27,373 nucleotides of DNA from Abditibacteriaceae bacterium (GTDB lineage Bacteria; Armatimonadota; Abditibacteriia; Abditibacteriales; Abditibacteriaceae): NCBI GenBank assembly GCA_031425655.1, contig JANPJS010000168.1:1-27373 (forward strand). The letters are read 5' to 3'. The position numbers and the translations under genes were made by a program. Positions 1 through 8,438 of this stretch are shown here, piece by piece; the first letter of the stretch is position 1, and each line of letters starts with the position of its first letter. Under the pieces are notes generated by a model. It was not told the DNA's origin, did not search any database, and was given only the letters and a program-made list of their open reading frames with translations.

Positions 1-56
1 ACAAAAGCCACAAAAGAAATTAAATCTTTTTGTGGCTTTTGTGTTTTTTTGCGGCT
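1..56. repeat. Inverted repeat built from CACAAAA-type units, truncated by the window edge
   Basis: ACAAAAGCCACAAAA (1-15) is the exact reverse complement of TTTTGTGGCTTTTGT (28-42); the right arm continues to about 56, just past the stop of the DUF1080 gene. Confidence 0.8.
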
Positions 57-64
57 ATCCGCTT

Positions 65-772
65 TTAAGGTAAACGCTTAATCTGGATGTTACGGAAAGA
101 GACTTTGCTTTTGGGGTCGTGCGCTTGCAAAGCCACAGTCCCCTGAGTCAAAACGCGCGTGAAGTCGTTGCCCGGCTGTTTGTTCGGCGGCTCGGTGTAA
201 TCCACGATGATCTTGCCGTTGACTGCCGTCGTGATGCGCTTGCCGTTGACCGTGATGTGATAAGTGAACCATTCGTTATCTTTGGCGGGCGATTCGGCCA
301 CGTTGAGCCAGATGCGGTTGGGTTCGATTTTCACAGTCGGCGTGTAAGTCTGTCCGGCGGGAACATCCACTCTATAAACGTCCACCACGTTATACAAACT
401 GCCGGTTTTAATCGGGTCGCCGTGCGTTTGGTTGATCTGGCATTCGTAACCGAAGCGCGGCCAGCCAGTGTCCTGATACTGCGTGTGAATGTAAACGCCC
501 GCATTGCTGCCGGGCACGGTCATAACTTCGGCTTTGAACTCGAAGTTGGTCAGAGGCTTATCGCCGATGTCGTAAAACAAATGGCCGCGATTGCCGTTGA
601 CGACCAACAAACCATCTTCCACTTTGAAGCTTTCCTTGTTTTCGCCGGTTTTCCAACCGTCCAACGACTTGCCGTCGAAAATGGAAACCCAGTCCTGCGC
701 CTCAGCCACGCGAGGCGTAGAAACAGCCACACAACAGGCCAAAGCCACACCAATCAAAACTTTCAATTTCAT
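65..772 (-). CDS. Secreted DUF1080 (3-keto-disaccharide hydrolase-like) protein
   Basis: Signal peptide MKLKVLIGVALACCVAVS...AEA; motifs IFDGKSLDGW, NFEFKAE...SNAGVY, GYECQI, GTVALQAHDPKSKVSFRNIQIK. Start moved to ATG 772 because the ORF extension to 856 overlaps the neighbouring gene. Confidence 0.85.
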   Translation of the reverse strand: MKLKVLIGVALACCVAVSTPRVAEAQDWVSIFDGKSLDGWKTGENKESFKVEDGLLVVNGNRGHLFYDIGDKPLTNFEFKAEVMTVPGSNAGVYIHTQYQDTGWPRFGYECQINQTHGDPIKTGSLYNVVDVYRVDVPAGQTYTPTVKIEPNRIWLNVAESPAKDNEWFTYHITVNGKRITTAVNGKIIVDYTEPPNKQPGNDFTRVLTQGTVALQAHDPKSKVSFRNIQIKRLP

Positions 773-842
773 AATCGTTCTTTCCCGAAAATTTTCGTTT
801 CCTCGCGTTAGACAACCTTCTCGCGGGAAACGATTTACCGAA

Positions 843-1508
843 TTATCGTAACTCATCCAGCGATAATTCGCGCGTTTTTCCGGCCTGATTCGCCTGCCAA
901 ATATAGCCGCTTTCGACGTGCAAACAACTCAGCCAACCGCCGCCGTGCGCTTTGGTATCGAGGCAAATCGCGTGATTTTTCACCTTTGGTAGGCCGCTTT
1001 TCTGCGCCGTATGCCCGCAAATCATGGTTTTTCCCGAAAAATGCGGCTCAGGATTGCCGAATCGCTCATAAAGCAACACGAATTCCGGCTGCTCACCGAG
1101 CGGCAAATCTGGCCACAGTCCGGCGTGGACATAAATGTGCGTCGCCGTTTCGTGGTAATTGACCAAACCATGTTCGAGAAAATCCCAATGCGCCGATGGC
1201 ACATCGTTAATACTGCCGCCGTAAGATTGTAGCGTTGCGTCACCGCCCAACGCCAGCCAATTCGCCATCGTCGAACGCTTGCGGCGCGCTTCGCACATCA
1301 TTCGGTCGTGGTTGCCGCGAATGGCTATAAGCTGTTGCTGCCACCACAGCGAAAGCAAAAGCTCAATAACGCCGCGCGAATCCGGCCCGCGATCTACATA
1401 ATCACCGAGCGTAACGACAAGATCGTCCGGCTGCAAATCCACGACGCGCAGCAGCGTTTCCAGCGCGGTCAGGCAGCCGTGAATGTCGCCGATAGCCAGA
1501 GTTCGCAT
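843..1508 (-). CDS. Calcineurin-like metallophosphoesterase (PPP-type Ser/Thr phosphatase family)
   Basis: GDIHG, GDYVDRGPDS, RGNHD, VHAG, CGHT and CLDT motifs; start at MRTLAIGDIHG (ATG 1508). Confidence 0.9.
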   Translation of the reverse strand: MRTLAIGDIHGCLTALETLLRVVDLQPDDLVVTLGDYVDRGPDSRGVIELLLSLWWQQQLIAIRGNHDRMMCEARRKRSTMANWLALGGDATLQSYGGSINDVPSAHWDFLEHGLVNYHETATHIYVHAGLWPDLPLGEQPEFVLLYERFGNPEPHFSGKTMICGHTAQKSGLPKVKNHAICLDTKAHGGGWLSCLHVESGYIWQANQAGKTRELSLDELR

Positions 1509-1519
1509 AATAAAAACTG

Positions 1520-1616
1520 TCTCTCGTCCTGCCCAGAGGGCGCCCGACGCCAAGGCGCAAAGATATTGGATTCCTTTGCGCCTTGGCGTCGGGCGCCCTC
1601 TGGGCAGGACGTGAGA
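1520..1616. repeat. Intergenic inverted repeat with a perfect 38-bp stem (CGCAAAG family plus mirrored insert)
   Basis: 1525-1562 CGTCCTGCCCAGAGGGCGCCCGACGCCAAGGCGCAAAG is the exact reverse complement of 1574-1611; 11-nt loop. Confidence 0.95.
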
Positions 1617-1618
1617 TT

Positions 1619-4600
1619 TCAATTCCCCAGCAACCGCGAACCGCGCACCGTGGCCAGCGTTTCGGTGATTTCTTCGACGAAGCGCAGCAGTTGCAAAGGC
1701 GTAATCGTGCGCGTGTCAACAGCGATGCCTTCGCGCGGACGCAGTGTAATATTAGCCATCAGGCGGCGGTCGTGGCTCTGATTCAGCTTGCCGAAAACCG
1801 CCGTCGTGTCTTCGTTTTCAAATTTATCGCCGGGTTGGAGACGAATCAGGACTTCCGTTTCGTTTTTGCTGATGCCGCGCAAACGCGCGTTCAGCAAGTG
1901 CACGCGAATCTTCAAAACGCGCACCATGTTGAACGCCGGAAGCGGAAGCGGCCCAAAACGGTCGCGCAATTCTTCGCGCAGAGCGTCCACATCTTCCAAT
2001 AAAAGCACGTTGCTCAGCTTGCGATAAAGCTGCAAACGGTCGCCTTCGCCGGCCACGTAATCGTCGGGCAAAAAAGCCGCGACCGGCAAGTCGGCTTCGG
2101 GCAAAACCTCGCGGCGGTAACGCCTTTTGTGCTTGTCGCTGCCTTCCAATTTCGTGACGGCTTCGTGCAGCATTTCGATATAAAGCTCAAAGCCGACTTG
2201 CGCGATTCCGCCGCTTTGCTTTACGCCCAATAATTCTCCGGCGCCGCGAATTTCCAAGTCGCGCATAGCGATTTTGAAACCCGCGCCCAAATCGGTGTTT
2301 TCCTGCAACGCCGCGAAACGCTCCTCGCTGTTGACCGATAATTTGCCGCGCTGTCCGCTGAAAAAATAGGCGTAGCCCTGACGCGGACTGCGCCCGACTC
2401 GCCCGCGCAGTTGATACATTTGCGACAAGCCCAATAACTCGGAGCGGTCAACGATAATCGTGTTCACGTTCGGCAAATCCAGCCCGTTTTCGATAATCGT
2501 CGTGGACAGCAAAATATCGGTGCGATGGTGCATGAAATCGAGCATGACTTGCTCCAATTCTTCGTCGCCCATCTGCCCGTGTCCGATGCCGATGCGCGCG
2601 TGCGGCACCAATTTGCGAAGCTGCTCGCCAACGTGCTGAATGCTGCCGACGCGATTGTGGACAAAGTAGACCTGCCCTTCGCGCTCAATTTCGCGTTCAA
2701 TCGCTTGGCGCACTACGTCTTCTTTATAAGGCGCCACGAAAGTTTTCACGGCCAAACGGCCCTGCGGCGGGTCGGTGATGAGCGACAGTTCGCGCAGGCC
2801 ACCGAGGGCGAAGTGCAGCGTGCGCGGAATCGGAGTTGCCGACAGCGTAAGAATATCCACTTCGCTGCGAAGCTCTTTCAGCTTTTCTTTTTGCATCACG
2901 CCGAAACGCTGTTCTTCGTCCACAATAACAAGCCCCAAATCGCGGAAAGTCACGTCGCCGGACAAAATGCGATGCGTGCCGATGAGAATATCCACGCCGC
3001 CCAATCGCACATCGTCGGAAATCTTGCGTAACTCGCCCGGCGTGCGAAAGCGCGACATCACTTCGACGCGCATTGGATACGGCGCTAATCTTTCGGCGAA
3101 CGTCTGATAATGCTGCTGCGCTAAAACCGTTGTCGGAACCAAAATGGCGACTTGACGGCCTTCCTGCGCCACTTTAAACGCCGCGCGCACCGCGACTTCG
3201 GTTTTGCCGTAACCCACGTCGCCGCAAACCAATCTATCCATCGGTTTCGGGCTTTCCAAGTCGCTTTTGGCATCTTTAATGGCCTGTAATTGCGTTGGCG
3301 TTTCTTCGTAGGGAAAGGCCGATTCCATTTCGCGCTGCCACGGCGAATCGGGCGGATAGGCTTGTTTTTCGGCCTTTTCGCGCGCTGCGTAAAGACTGGC
3401 CAGTTGCCGCGCGACTTCGGCGGTTTCTTCGCGCACGCGCTTTTTGGTGCGCTCCCACGCGTTGCCTTTCAACGAATTAAGTGCTGGAGCGCCGCCTTCG
3501 GAGCCGAGATATTTCTGCACGCGGTCGAGCTGCGAAACCGGGACGTAAAGCCGGTCGCTGCCATCGTATTCAAGCAGTAGATAATCGTTGATCGCGCCCG
3601 CGACTTCGCGCCGCGCCACGCCCGCATAGCGCGCCACGCCGTGCCCAATATGCACTACGAAATCGCCCTCGCGCAAATCCGTCAAATCGGTCAGCGCGAC
3701 GGTTTCGCCGCGTTTGGCTTCGACGGTTTTCTTTTTCGCCTTGCGCTTGGCCGCCAATCGCACCGGCTGAGGCCGCCAGCCGAACATTTCCGCGTCCGAC
3801 AAAATCGCAAGGCCGTGTTCTCCGGCTTCGCCAAGCGTAAAACCGGCAGCGAGTCGCTGGCTCATCACAAGAGCAAGGCCGGGTTGCGCTTCATTCACGG
3901 CATCCAACAAATGCACATGATGCACGTCGCCGTCGGCTAAAATCTCGCGCACGCGCCGCCCGTGCGCCGACGATAAAACCACGATGCCGCCGCGCCGCTG
4001 CCACGCTTGAATCCAATCGAGCAACGGTTCAAGTTTGCCGCCGAAAACCGGCGGAAGATGAATTTCAAAATTTTGAATTTTGAATTTTGAATTTTGAATT
4101 TCGTCGTCACTCTGAACGTGAAATTCGACGTTGGCAAACGCTTTTGCGCGGTCACGCAGCTTTTCAAAATTCACCAAAGGCGCGGTCGGCAAACGCAACG
4201 CGGCACCGGCTTCGATGGCCGATTCGCGCGTGCTTTCGTCGTCTTCGAGCAAACGCCCGTTTTGCGTCGCGCAGCGATTCGGGTCAGCCCATAAAACCAG
4301 AGCTTGCGGCGGCAAATGGTCGAAAAGCGTCGGCTGTTTCGGGTAAATCAAAGCGCGGTAACGGTCAAGGCCATCGAAGTAAACGCCCTGCCGCAAACGC
4401 TGAATATCGCGCCCAGCGTTTTCCACAAGGCTGTTGGCTTCGTCCAAACGCGCGGCGCGGCGAAGCGTGGCGGCTTGTTCGTCCAACAAATCCTGCAACT
4501 GAGTGCCGATGGCTTTGCCGCGTTCGGGCGACAAATAAACCTCGCGCGGCGGCGTCAGTCGCACTGCTTCCAGCTTGGTCGTGCTGCGCTGCGATTCGAC

Positions 4601-5236
4601 ATCGAAGCAGCGAATCGAATCCACTTCGTCGCCGAATAATTCGATGCGAATCGCTTCGCGCGCGGCGGGCGGAAAAAAGTCAATCAAGCCACCGCGCGCC
4701 GCAAATTGGCCGGGCGATTCGACGTGCGGCACGCGCTCGTAGCCGGTTCCCGCAAGGTGCGCGATAAATTCTTCGTGTTCCAGCGTTTGCTTGATTTGAA
4801 TTTGGTCGTATCCGTGTCGCAGTTCGCCCGCGGGCAGCGTCGGATGCGCTAAAGCGTTGACGGGCGCCACAACAATCGCCGGGCGCGTGCCGTGTAGCGA
4901 TTCCAGAACGGCGAGGCGGTCTTGAATCGCACCCCGGTCGCCCGTGCCTTCTTCCGAGCCGGTGCGGTCGGGAATCGGAAAAAGCACGATTTCGGGCGGC
5001 GTAACTTCGCTGAGCGCGAAAATCGCCTGCAAATCGTTGGCGGCGTTTTCCGCCGCTTCGGTGTTGGGCGTAATCAGCAGCGCATGGCCACCGCGCGCCG
5101 CTTGCAGCGCTCCGCAAAGCGTGCCCCACGACGGCGACGGCACGCCGCTTAAAGGCAAATGCGTCGCGCCGTTTTCCAGCGCGGCAACGGCTTTTTGCAA
5201 ATTGGGATAACGTGCGACAAGTTCAAGCAAATGCAT
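1619..5236 (-). CDS. mfd: Transcription-repair coupling factor
   Basis: 1205 aa; UvrB-homology region (GQFAARGGLIDFFP), RID/CarD domain (VVHIGHGVARYAG), DRLVCGDVGYGKTEVA, DEEQRFGV, TLSATPIPRTL, YQLRGRVGRS, DLEIRGAGELLG, C-terminal TRCF domain. Confidence 0.98.
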   Translation of the reverse strand: MHLLELVARYPNLQKAVAALENGATHLPLSGVPSPSWGTLCGALQAARGGHALLITPNTEAAENAANDLQAIFALSEVTPPEIVLFPIPDRTGSEEGTGDRGAIQDRLAVLESLHGTRPAIVVAPVNALAHPTLPAGELRHGYDQIQIKQTLEHEEFIAHLAGTGYERVPHVESPGQFAARGGLIDFFPPAAREAIRIELFGDEVDSIRCFDVESQRSTTKLEAVRLTPPREVYLSPERGKAIGTQLQDLLDEQAATLRRAARLDEANSLVENAGRDIQRLRQGVYFDGLDRYRALIYPKQPTLFDHLPPQALVLWADPNRCATQNGRLLEDDESTRESAIEAGAALRLPTAPLVNFEKLRDRAKAFANVEFHVQSDDEIQNSKFKIQNFEIHLPPVFGGKLEPLLDWIQAWQRRGGIVVLSSAHGRRVREILADGDVHHVHLLDAVNEAQPGLALVMSQRLAAGFTLGEAGEHGLAILSDAEMFGWRPQPVRLAAKRKAKKKTVEAKRGETVALTDLTDLREGDFVVHIGHGVARYAGVARREVAGAINDYLLLEYDGSDRLYVPVSQLDRVQKYLGSEGGAPALNSLKGNAWERTKKRVREETAEVARQLASLYAAREKAEKQAYPPDSPWQREMESAFPYEETPTQLQAIKDAKSDLESPKPMDRLVCGDVGYGKTEVAVRAAFKVAQEGRQVAILVPTTVLAQQHYQTFAERLAPYPMRVEVMSRFRTPGELRKISDDVRLGGVDILIGTHRILSGDVTFRDLGLVIVDEEQRFGVMQKEKLKELRSEVDILTLSATPIPRTLHFALGGLRELSLITDPPQGRLAVKTFVAPYKEDVVRQAIEREIEREGQVYFVHNRVGSIQHVGEQLRKLVPHARIGIGHGQMGDEELEQVMLDFMHHRTDILLSTTIIENGLDLPNVNTIIVDRSELLGLSQMYQLRGRVGRSPRQGYAYFFSGQRGKLSVNSEERFAALQENTDLGAGFKIAMRDLEIRGAGELLGVKQSGGIAQVGFELYIEMLHEAVTKLEGSDKHKRRYRREVLPEADLPVAAFLPDDYVAGEGDRLQLYRKLSNVLLLEDVDALREELRDRFGPLPLPAFNMVRVLKIRVHLLNARLRGISKNETEVLIRLQPGDKFENEDTTAVFGKLNQSHDRRLMANITLRPREGIAVDTRTITPLQLLRFVEEITETLATVRGSRLLGN
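4064..4098. repeat. In-frame heptamer tandem array (TTTTGAA x4) inside mfd
   Basis: Four exact TTTTGAA copies at 4071-4098 plus one inverted copy making the palindrome TTCAAAATTTTGAA (4064-4077); translated as IQNSKFKIQNFE. Confidence 0.9.
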
Positions 5237-5251
5237 AATTTAACAACCACG

Positions 5252-5280
5252 AAAAGCCCCGGCGCTTTCGTGCCGGGGCT
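5252..5280 (-). terminator. Intrinsic terminator downstream of the HMA gene, just upstream of the mfd start
   Basis: Minus strand AGCCCCGGCAC-GAAA-GCGCCGGGGCT followed by a short T run. Confidence 0.65.
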
Positions 5281-5288
5281 GCAATTTG

Positions 5289-5420
5289 ATTCGCCGCAGA
5301 GGACGCGGAGAACGCAGAGATTTTAAGAGAATGCGGAGAAAAGAGTAATTTGAAGCGACTTGCGGGTCTTCTCTTCAATTTTCTTAAATCTCTGCGCTCT
5401 CCGCGTCCTCTGCGGTGAAT
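5289..5420. repeat. Intergenic inverted repeat with 9-bp CGCRGAGnn tandem arms
   Basis: ATTCGCCGCAGAGGACGCGGAGAACGCAGAGATTT (5289-5323) mirrors AAATCTCTGCGCTCTCCGCGTCCTCTGCGGTGAAT (5386-5420). Confidence 0.9.
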
Positions 5421-5425
5421 TGAGT

Positions 5426-5818
5426 TTAGCTTTTCAGCAGCTTGGCCGGGAAGCCTTTGCGCGCGAAGGCGGCTTCGAGCTTTTTGGCGTCGGTTTGCTT
5501 GGCGTCGAAGCGCAGTGTGGCGCGTTTGGATTTGAAATCCACTTTCGCGTCTGCGACGCCTTTTTCCTTCGACAAACCGGCTTGCAAGCCGCCGCTGCAT
5601 CCTCCGCAAGTCATTTTGCTGACCGAATAAACGGCGGTCTTGGTGCCGGCCAAAGCGACAGGTTTGGACATTTTGAGCAATGCGGCTTTGGCGCTCGGCG
5701 GGCAGCACTTAGCGCCGGTTTTGCCGTCCATTTTGCACATTTTGCCGTCTTTTTCGCTGTGCGCGAAAGCCGGCAGCATCAGGCCGCAAAGGGCGGCGGA
5801 AATAAAGATTCGATTCAC
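5426..5818 (-). CDS. Secreted heavy-metal-associated (HMA, MerP/CopZ-like) domain protein
   Basis: GTG start at 5818 with AGGAG upstream; signal peptide ending AFA; MTCGGC metal-binding motif followed by GVADAKVDF...ATLRFD. Confidence 0.85.
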   Translation of the reverse strand: MNRIFISAALCGLMLPAFAHSEKDGKMCKMDGKTGAKCCPPSAKAALLKMSKPVALAGTKTAVYSVSKMTCGGCSGGLQAGLSKEKGVADAKVDFKSKRATLRFDAKQTDAKKLEAAFARKGFPAKLLKS

Positions 5819-5850
5819 AAATTCTCCTATTAAGTCAATTCCACAACAGT

Positions 5851-7551
5851 TTACGGTGTTACGGAAAATCGTTGAGTCGCCGGCTGACGGCGCGCCCAAG
5901 CGATGCTCTTTTTCTTCGGCTGGCCGAAGAGTTCGGGATGCAAATACGCGCCGCGCTCGTTGCCGGTTTTGTTTTGTGACACGCGAATGCGATGCGCTTT
6001 GGCGTAAGCATCCTTGCGAATTCCCGTCACTTGCCACGAAACCTCGACTTTGGGCTTGTCGGTGCGAATCACGAAGCGCCCGTGACCGTCAATCTTGCGC
6101 GCCACAATCGCTTGGGCGAAGGTGCCGATGACCGTCAGTTGATAACGATATTCGCTGTTCAGCGCCTTGAAGTAATCCGGCAGCGTGACGTTGGCGAAGC
6201 CTTTGGCATCGGTCGTGACGTTGCCATTGTAAATGTTCATCATGTCGGGCGATTCGACGAACGAGTGCGACAAGTATTTGTTGGCCGGATCGAGAGGATG
6301 GTCTATCTTGAACGAGCCGCCGCCTTTGGAAAGCGTGCCTGTGATGTGAACGTCGCCCTCGAAATAGCCCGCAAAACCGGTGTCGCTGCTGCCGGCCACG
6401 CCGGTGGCACCGCTCACGCCATAACCCCAGACGCCGTTATTGCCTTGCCCGGAAGTCGTGCCGAAAACGCCGCTTTGTCCGGGATTAAGGTTGATACCTT
6501 TGCTGGCGCCATAAACACCGGGGCCATTGGTGCTGCGTCCGCGAACGCCATAACCGTCGGTGCTTACTCCCGAAACACCGTTGCTTCCGCCGATGCCCGA
6601 TACGCCGCTGGCAACGGTGCTGTCGCCATGCACGCCGTTGCCGTTGGTGCTGAGGCCATGCATTCCTCTGCCGTCGGTGCTGGAGCCGCGCACGCCGGTG
6701 CCGCCGGTGCTCACACCAGAGACGCCGTTAACGCCGCCTACGCCGCCAACGCCACTGGCGTTTGTGCTCTCGCCCTGGACACCGTTGAGATTAGTGCTGA
6801 GGCCACGCATTCCATAGCCGTTGGTGCTCACGCCGCCCACACCAGTGCCGCCAGTGCTCTGACCGGAGACGCCGGTGCCGGAAACGCTCTCGCCCCGAAC
6901 TCCGGGAGCCGAACCGGCATGGGAACCGAAGACGCCACAACCGTTGCTGCCCGTGCCATTGTTAATACCGCGCACGCCCGCCGAGCCGACGCCTGACGCA
7001 GTGGGTTTGACGAGGCCCTGCACGCCCGTTGCGTTTAGGCCCGCCGATTCGGTTTCGCCGATGACGCCGGGATTGGCGCCACTGGTGGCCAGATGCCGTC
7101 CGCGTATTCCAATTCCATGGGTGCTGGCGCCGTAAACGGCTATGCCCGAACCCGGACTGGTGCTGTTAATCACGAAGGTATCGTCGGCGCCGCGCACCGT
7201 CAACAAGCCCGACGGAGTTGGCGTGCCGAGAGTGATTTTGCCGCCGACTTCATCCAAAACCGAGTTGCCGATAGCATTGGTGCCGGTGAACTTGGCGATG
7301 TTTCCCGTCGTTCCCTGCCCCGTAATGGGGCCAACCGCGTTTGCCGAAATGGCTCCCGCCTTTGATCCCGACTCACTCACCGGCGTTGGCTCGGCTGTGC
7401 CCGCCGCGCCAACGCCGCGCTCCAGCGGCGGTTGCGCCGATAACGGCAGCATGGCTCTCAAGGCCAAACCCAAACACACCAACGCCACACCCGAACGCCA
7501 ACCGCGCCGGGTCGCATCCTTGCCCACCTGTTCCTGCTTTGAAACGTTCAT
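5851..7551 (-). CDS. Putative secreted Gly/Ser/Thr-rich repeat protein with a conserved-looking C-terminal FKIDHPLDP...ESPDMMNIYNG domain
   Basis: AGGAGG RBS before ATG 7551; hydrophobic N-terminal segment; many GVxGxS(T) ~10-residue repeats; non-repetitive C-terminal domain. Confidence 0.8.
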   Translation of the reverse strand: MNVSKQEQVGKDATRRGWRSGVALVCLGLALRAMLPLSAQPPLERGVGAAGTAEPTPVSESGSKAGAISANAVGPITGQGTTGNIAKFTGTNAIGNSVLDEVGGKITLGTPTPSGLLTVRGADDTFVINSTSPGSGIAVYGASTHGIGIRGRHLATSGANPGVIGETESAGLNATGVQGLVKPTASGVGSAGVRGINNGTGSNGCGVFGSHAGSAPGVRGESVSGTGVSGQSTGGTGVGGVSTNGYGMRGLSTNLNGVQGESTNASGVGGVGGVNGVSGVSTGGTGVRGSSTDGRGMHGLSTNGNGVHGDSTVASGVSGIGGSNGVSGVSTDGYGVRGRSTNGPGVYGASKGINLNPGQSGVFGTTSGQGNNGVWGYGVSGATGVAGSSDTGFAGYFEGDVHITGTLSKGGGSFKIDHPLDPANKYLSHSFVESPDMMNIYNGNVTTDAKGFANVTLPDYFKALNSEYRYQLTVIGTFAQAIVARKIDGHGRFVIRTDKPKVEVSWQVTGIRKDAYAKAHRIRVSQNKTGNERGAYLHPELFGQPKKKSIAWARRQPATQRFSVTP

Positions 7552-7683
7552 GACCAACCTCCTGTAAACAAGCCGCTCGGTGCAAATTCCAGAGCTAAAT
7601 TGAATGTTAGCAGCAATGAGAAAGCGCCACCGGAAAATTATAAAATTCCCCGATGGCGCTTCGATTTGTGACGTAATTGCGAA

Positions 7684-8412
7684 TCAAATCTGCGGAATGG
7701 CGCAGCCGAACGCTTTAGTTTCGGATTGTGGCACCGCGCGGCCATCGAGAACGGCGACGACGGCGCTTTGCAAATCGCGCTCACGAACCGCATTCGGCTC
7801 GAAGGTGTCGTCGTCAATGCGCCCGTGATAGCGCAAACGATTTTTCGCGTCGAACAAAAAGACTTCGGTCGAACACGCAGCATCGAATAAGCGCAGCATT
7901 TTCTGATCGAGATCGAGCGCGACCGGCCACGCATATTTTTGCGCTTTCACGAACTGCGCAATTTCCTCCGGCGTGTCGGTTTTGCCGTTCGAGAAGACGA
8001 AAACTGTGCGTAGCCCGCGTGCGCCGAACTTGGCGTCCAGCGCCTTCATGCGCTCATTGTAAGCCAAAACACACGGACAAGTGGTGTCGGCGAACATAAA
8101 CAGCGCCGCTTTGCCGCCTAAATTCGACAATTTCAACGATTTGCCGTCGAGAGTTTTGAACGAAAAATCCGGCGCGACTTCGTCAATTTTGACGCGGCGA
8201 ACGGTTTTTTCCGTGACGTTTTTAGAAAAAGCGTGCGGCAAATTGGGATCGAGCTTGTATTTTTGCTCGGCGCCCGGCAACGCCGAAAGCGCTTCGCCGG
8301 AGCGATGGCCGACCGTTATCTCAGAATCAGCGCCGCTCTTGCCGCAGCCCGACAGCGCAATCACCAGCAAAGGCGCTATTGCAACGCGTGTCCAAAGTAT
8401 TTTACGACTCAT
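7684..8412 (-). CDS. Redoxin/thioredoxin-fold lipoprotein (AhpC-TSA / PRX-like family)
   Basis: Lipobox LSGC; APDFSFKTLDGK, TCPCV, LRYHGRIDD and C-terminal FGCAI; start at ATG 8412. Confidence 0.85.
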   Translation of the reverse strand: MSRKILWTRVAIAPLLVIALSGCGKSGADSEITVGHRSGEALSALPGAEQKYKLDPNLPHAFSKNVTEKTVRRVKIDEVAPDFSFKTLDGKSLKLSNLGGKAALFMFADTTCPCVLAYNERMKALDAKFGARGLRTVFVFSNGKTDTPEEIAQFVKAQKYAWPVALDLDQKMLRLFDAACSTEVFLFDAKNRLRYHGRIDDDTFEPNAVRERDLQSAVVAVLDGRAVPQSETKAFGCAIPQI

Positions 8413-8438
8413 CAAAATTCTCTTTCGTGAAAATGTTT

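Noticed and set aside
1509..1622. N-terminal ORF extension of the phosphatase (also of ybaB, dnaX, GH29 and the HMA protein)
   Set aside because: The extensions read through repeat elements or neighbouring genes; downstream starts match the family N-termini or RBSs better
5992..6996. 334-aa Ala-rich plus-strand ORF with apparent repeats
   Set aside because: Antisense to the Gly-rich gene; its repeats only mirror that gene
5851..7551. Prophage tail-fibre region or collagen
   Set aside because: No other phage genes in the window; the periodicity is about 10 residues, not Gly-X-Y
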